From the NCBI GenBank assembly GCA_018304385.1, contig JAGVWJ010000021.1, positions 1-17,212 on the forward strand: a DNA stretch of 17,212 nucleotides. Direction: 5' to 3'. Of this stretch, positions 16,584 through 17,212 are shown piece after piece. Position 1 is the first letter of the stretch. Each line of letters opens with the position of its first letter. The translations under genes and the position numbers were made by a program. The DNA comes from Candidatus Micrarchaeota archaeon (lineage in GTDB: Archaea; Micrarchaeota; Micrarchaeia; Anstonellales; Bilamarchaeaceae). The notes below the pieces were generated by a model. That model was not told the origin of the DNA. It ran no database searches and saw only the letters and a list, made by a program, of their open reading frames with translations.

Positions 16584-16599
16584 TTGACGCGATAGATAC

Positions 16600-17212
16600 A
16601 TGAATTTACACATAACAGCAAAACTACCAGTAAAACCTGGCTTAAGAAAAAGAGATGCGAAAGCAATTTTAGCTACTAGATTGTTACTAGATACACTAAA
16701 AGACCATCCAAAAGTAAAAATAGTTGAAGTGGCAGATGTATCAAAACGACAAGTTAATTGTACTAGCGAAAAAGGAAAGCTAAGTTCTGCAATAGTCTCA
16801 TTACCAACTTATCTTGATTGGGCAGAACCCATAAACGTTGCTGAGCTTGCGAACATGGGCAATAAACCAAATCGTGCAACTGCAGTTATAGAACACATTC
16901 AATTTCTATTAACATTATTATCACATGGTGTTGAATTAACATTGGTAAAACCGTCAGCGGATACGTTAGAAGGAGTTTATACGCGTGATATTGCAGCAGT
17001 TATAGGACATAAATGCATACTTGCGAATATGGTTGCAGAACCGCGCTGGCCCGAGGAAAAAACAATAACTGGAGGGATAATCCCACCTAGTGAAGTTAAA
17101 CTCGAGGGCGGAAATGTAATAATTGATGGAGATGTTGTATTTATAGGAGTAGGCGACAGAACTAATATTGAAGCAGTAGTTTGGTTGCAAGAAGTAGTTG
17201 GCACAGCATTTC
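16600..17212 (+). CDS. amidinotransferase / arginine deiminase / dimethylargininase superfamily protein (partial, runs off the window; absent from ORF track)
   Basis: Manual translation with no stop: MNLHITAKLPVKPGLRKRDAKAILATRLLLDTLKDHPKVKIVEVADVSKRQVNCTSEKGKLSSAIVSLP...AVIEHIQFLLTLLSHGVEL...EGVYTRDIAAVIG...KLEGGNVIIDGDVVFIGVGDRTNIEAV... SE-G-L, TRD, EGG(N)V and GxxxRTN are family motifs. Confidence 0.85.
   Translation, partial: MNLHITAKLPVKPGLRKRDAKAILATRLLLDTLKDHPKVKIVEVADVSKRQVNCTSEKGKLSSAIVSLPTYLDWAEPINVAELANMGNKPNRATAVIEHIQFLLTLLSHGVELTLVKPSADTLEGVYTRDIAAVIGHKCILANMVAEPRWPEEKTITGGIIPPSEVKLEGGNVIIDGDVVFIGVGDRTNIEAVVWLQEVVGTAF

Noticed and set aside
607-17204. Antisense and alternate-frame ORFs in the track (e.g. 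607-891, 966-1211, 3645-3845, 7104-7427, 9346-9783, 13688-14041, 14662-15003, 14778-15029, 15112-15678, 16966-17190, 16977-17204)
   Set aside because: They are shadows of well-supported genes on the other strand or frame, with no motifs or start signals.
1-17212. CRISPR array, tRNA/rRNA, transposase or integrase
   Set aside because: I saw no regularly spaced repeats, no GC-rich structured RNA stretch and no mobile-element motifs.

Overview
AT-rich window with archaeal-type transcription signals: TATA boxes about 22 nt before ATGs, GGTG/GAGG SD motifs and an FGC lipobox. A DPANN archaeon such as Micrarchaeota is my inference from these signals and from the style of the hypothetical proteins. 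The left part (1-5347) is accessory: the 3' end of a sulfide:quinone oxidoreductase-like gene, small ORFs, a frameshifted Cys-rich/beta-propeller lipoprotein, a DUF4046-like repeat protein, an orphan and a membrane-anchored trypsin-fold protein lacking its catalytic motifs. The rest is an amino-acid metabolism island: hutH-hutG-hutU-hutI followed by a CADD-type diiron (pABA synthase-like) gene; then an HTH-ACT regulator divergent from argF-argB(NAGS/K fusion)-argD-argC; and, missing from the ORF track, an amidinotransferase/arginine deiminase-family gene running off the right edge. The most striking non-coding signal is a 65-bp ungapped duplicated promoter/operator block (12138-12202 and 16519-16583) with paired TGTWACA heptamers, in front of both argF and the deiminase-family gene. 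It suggests an ArgR-independent arginine regulon controlled by the adjacent ACT protein.
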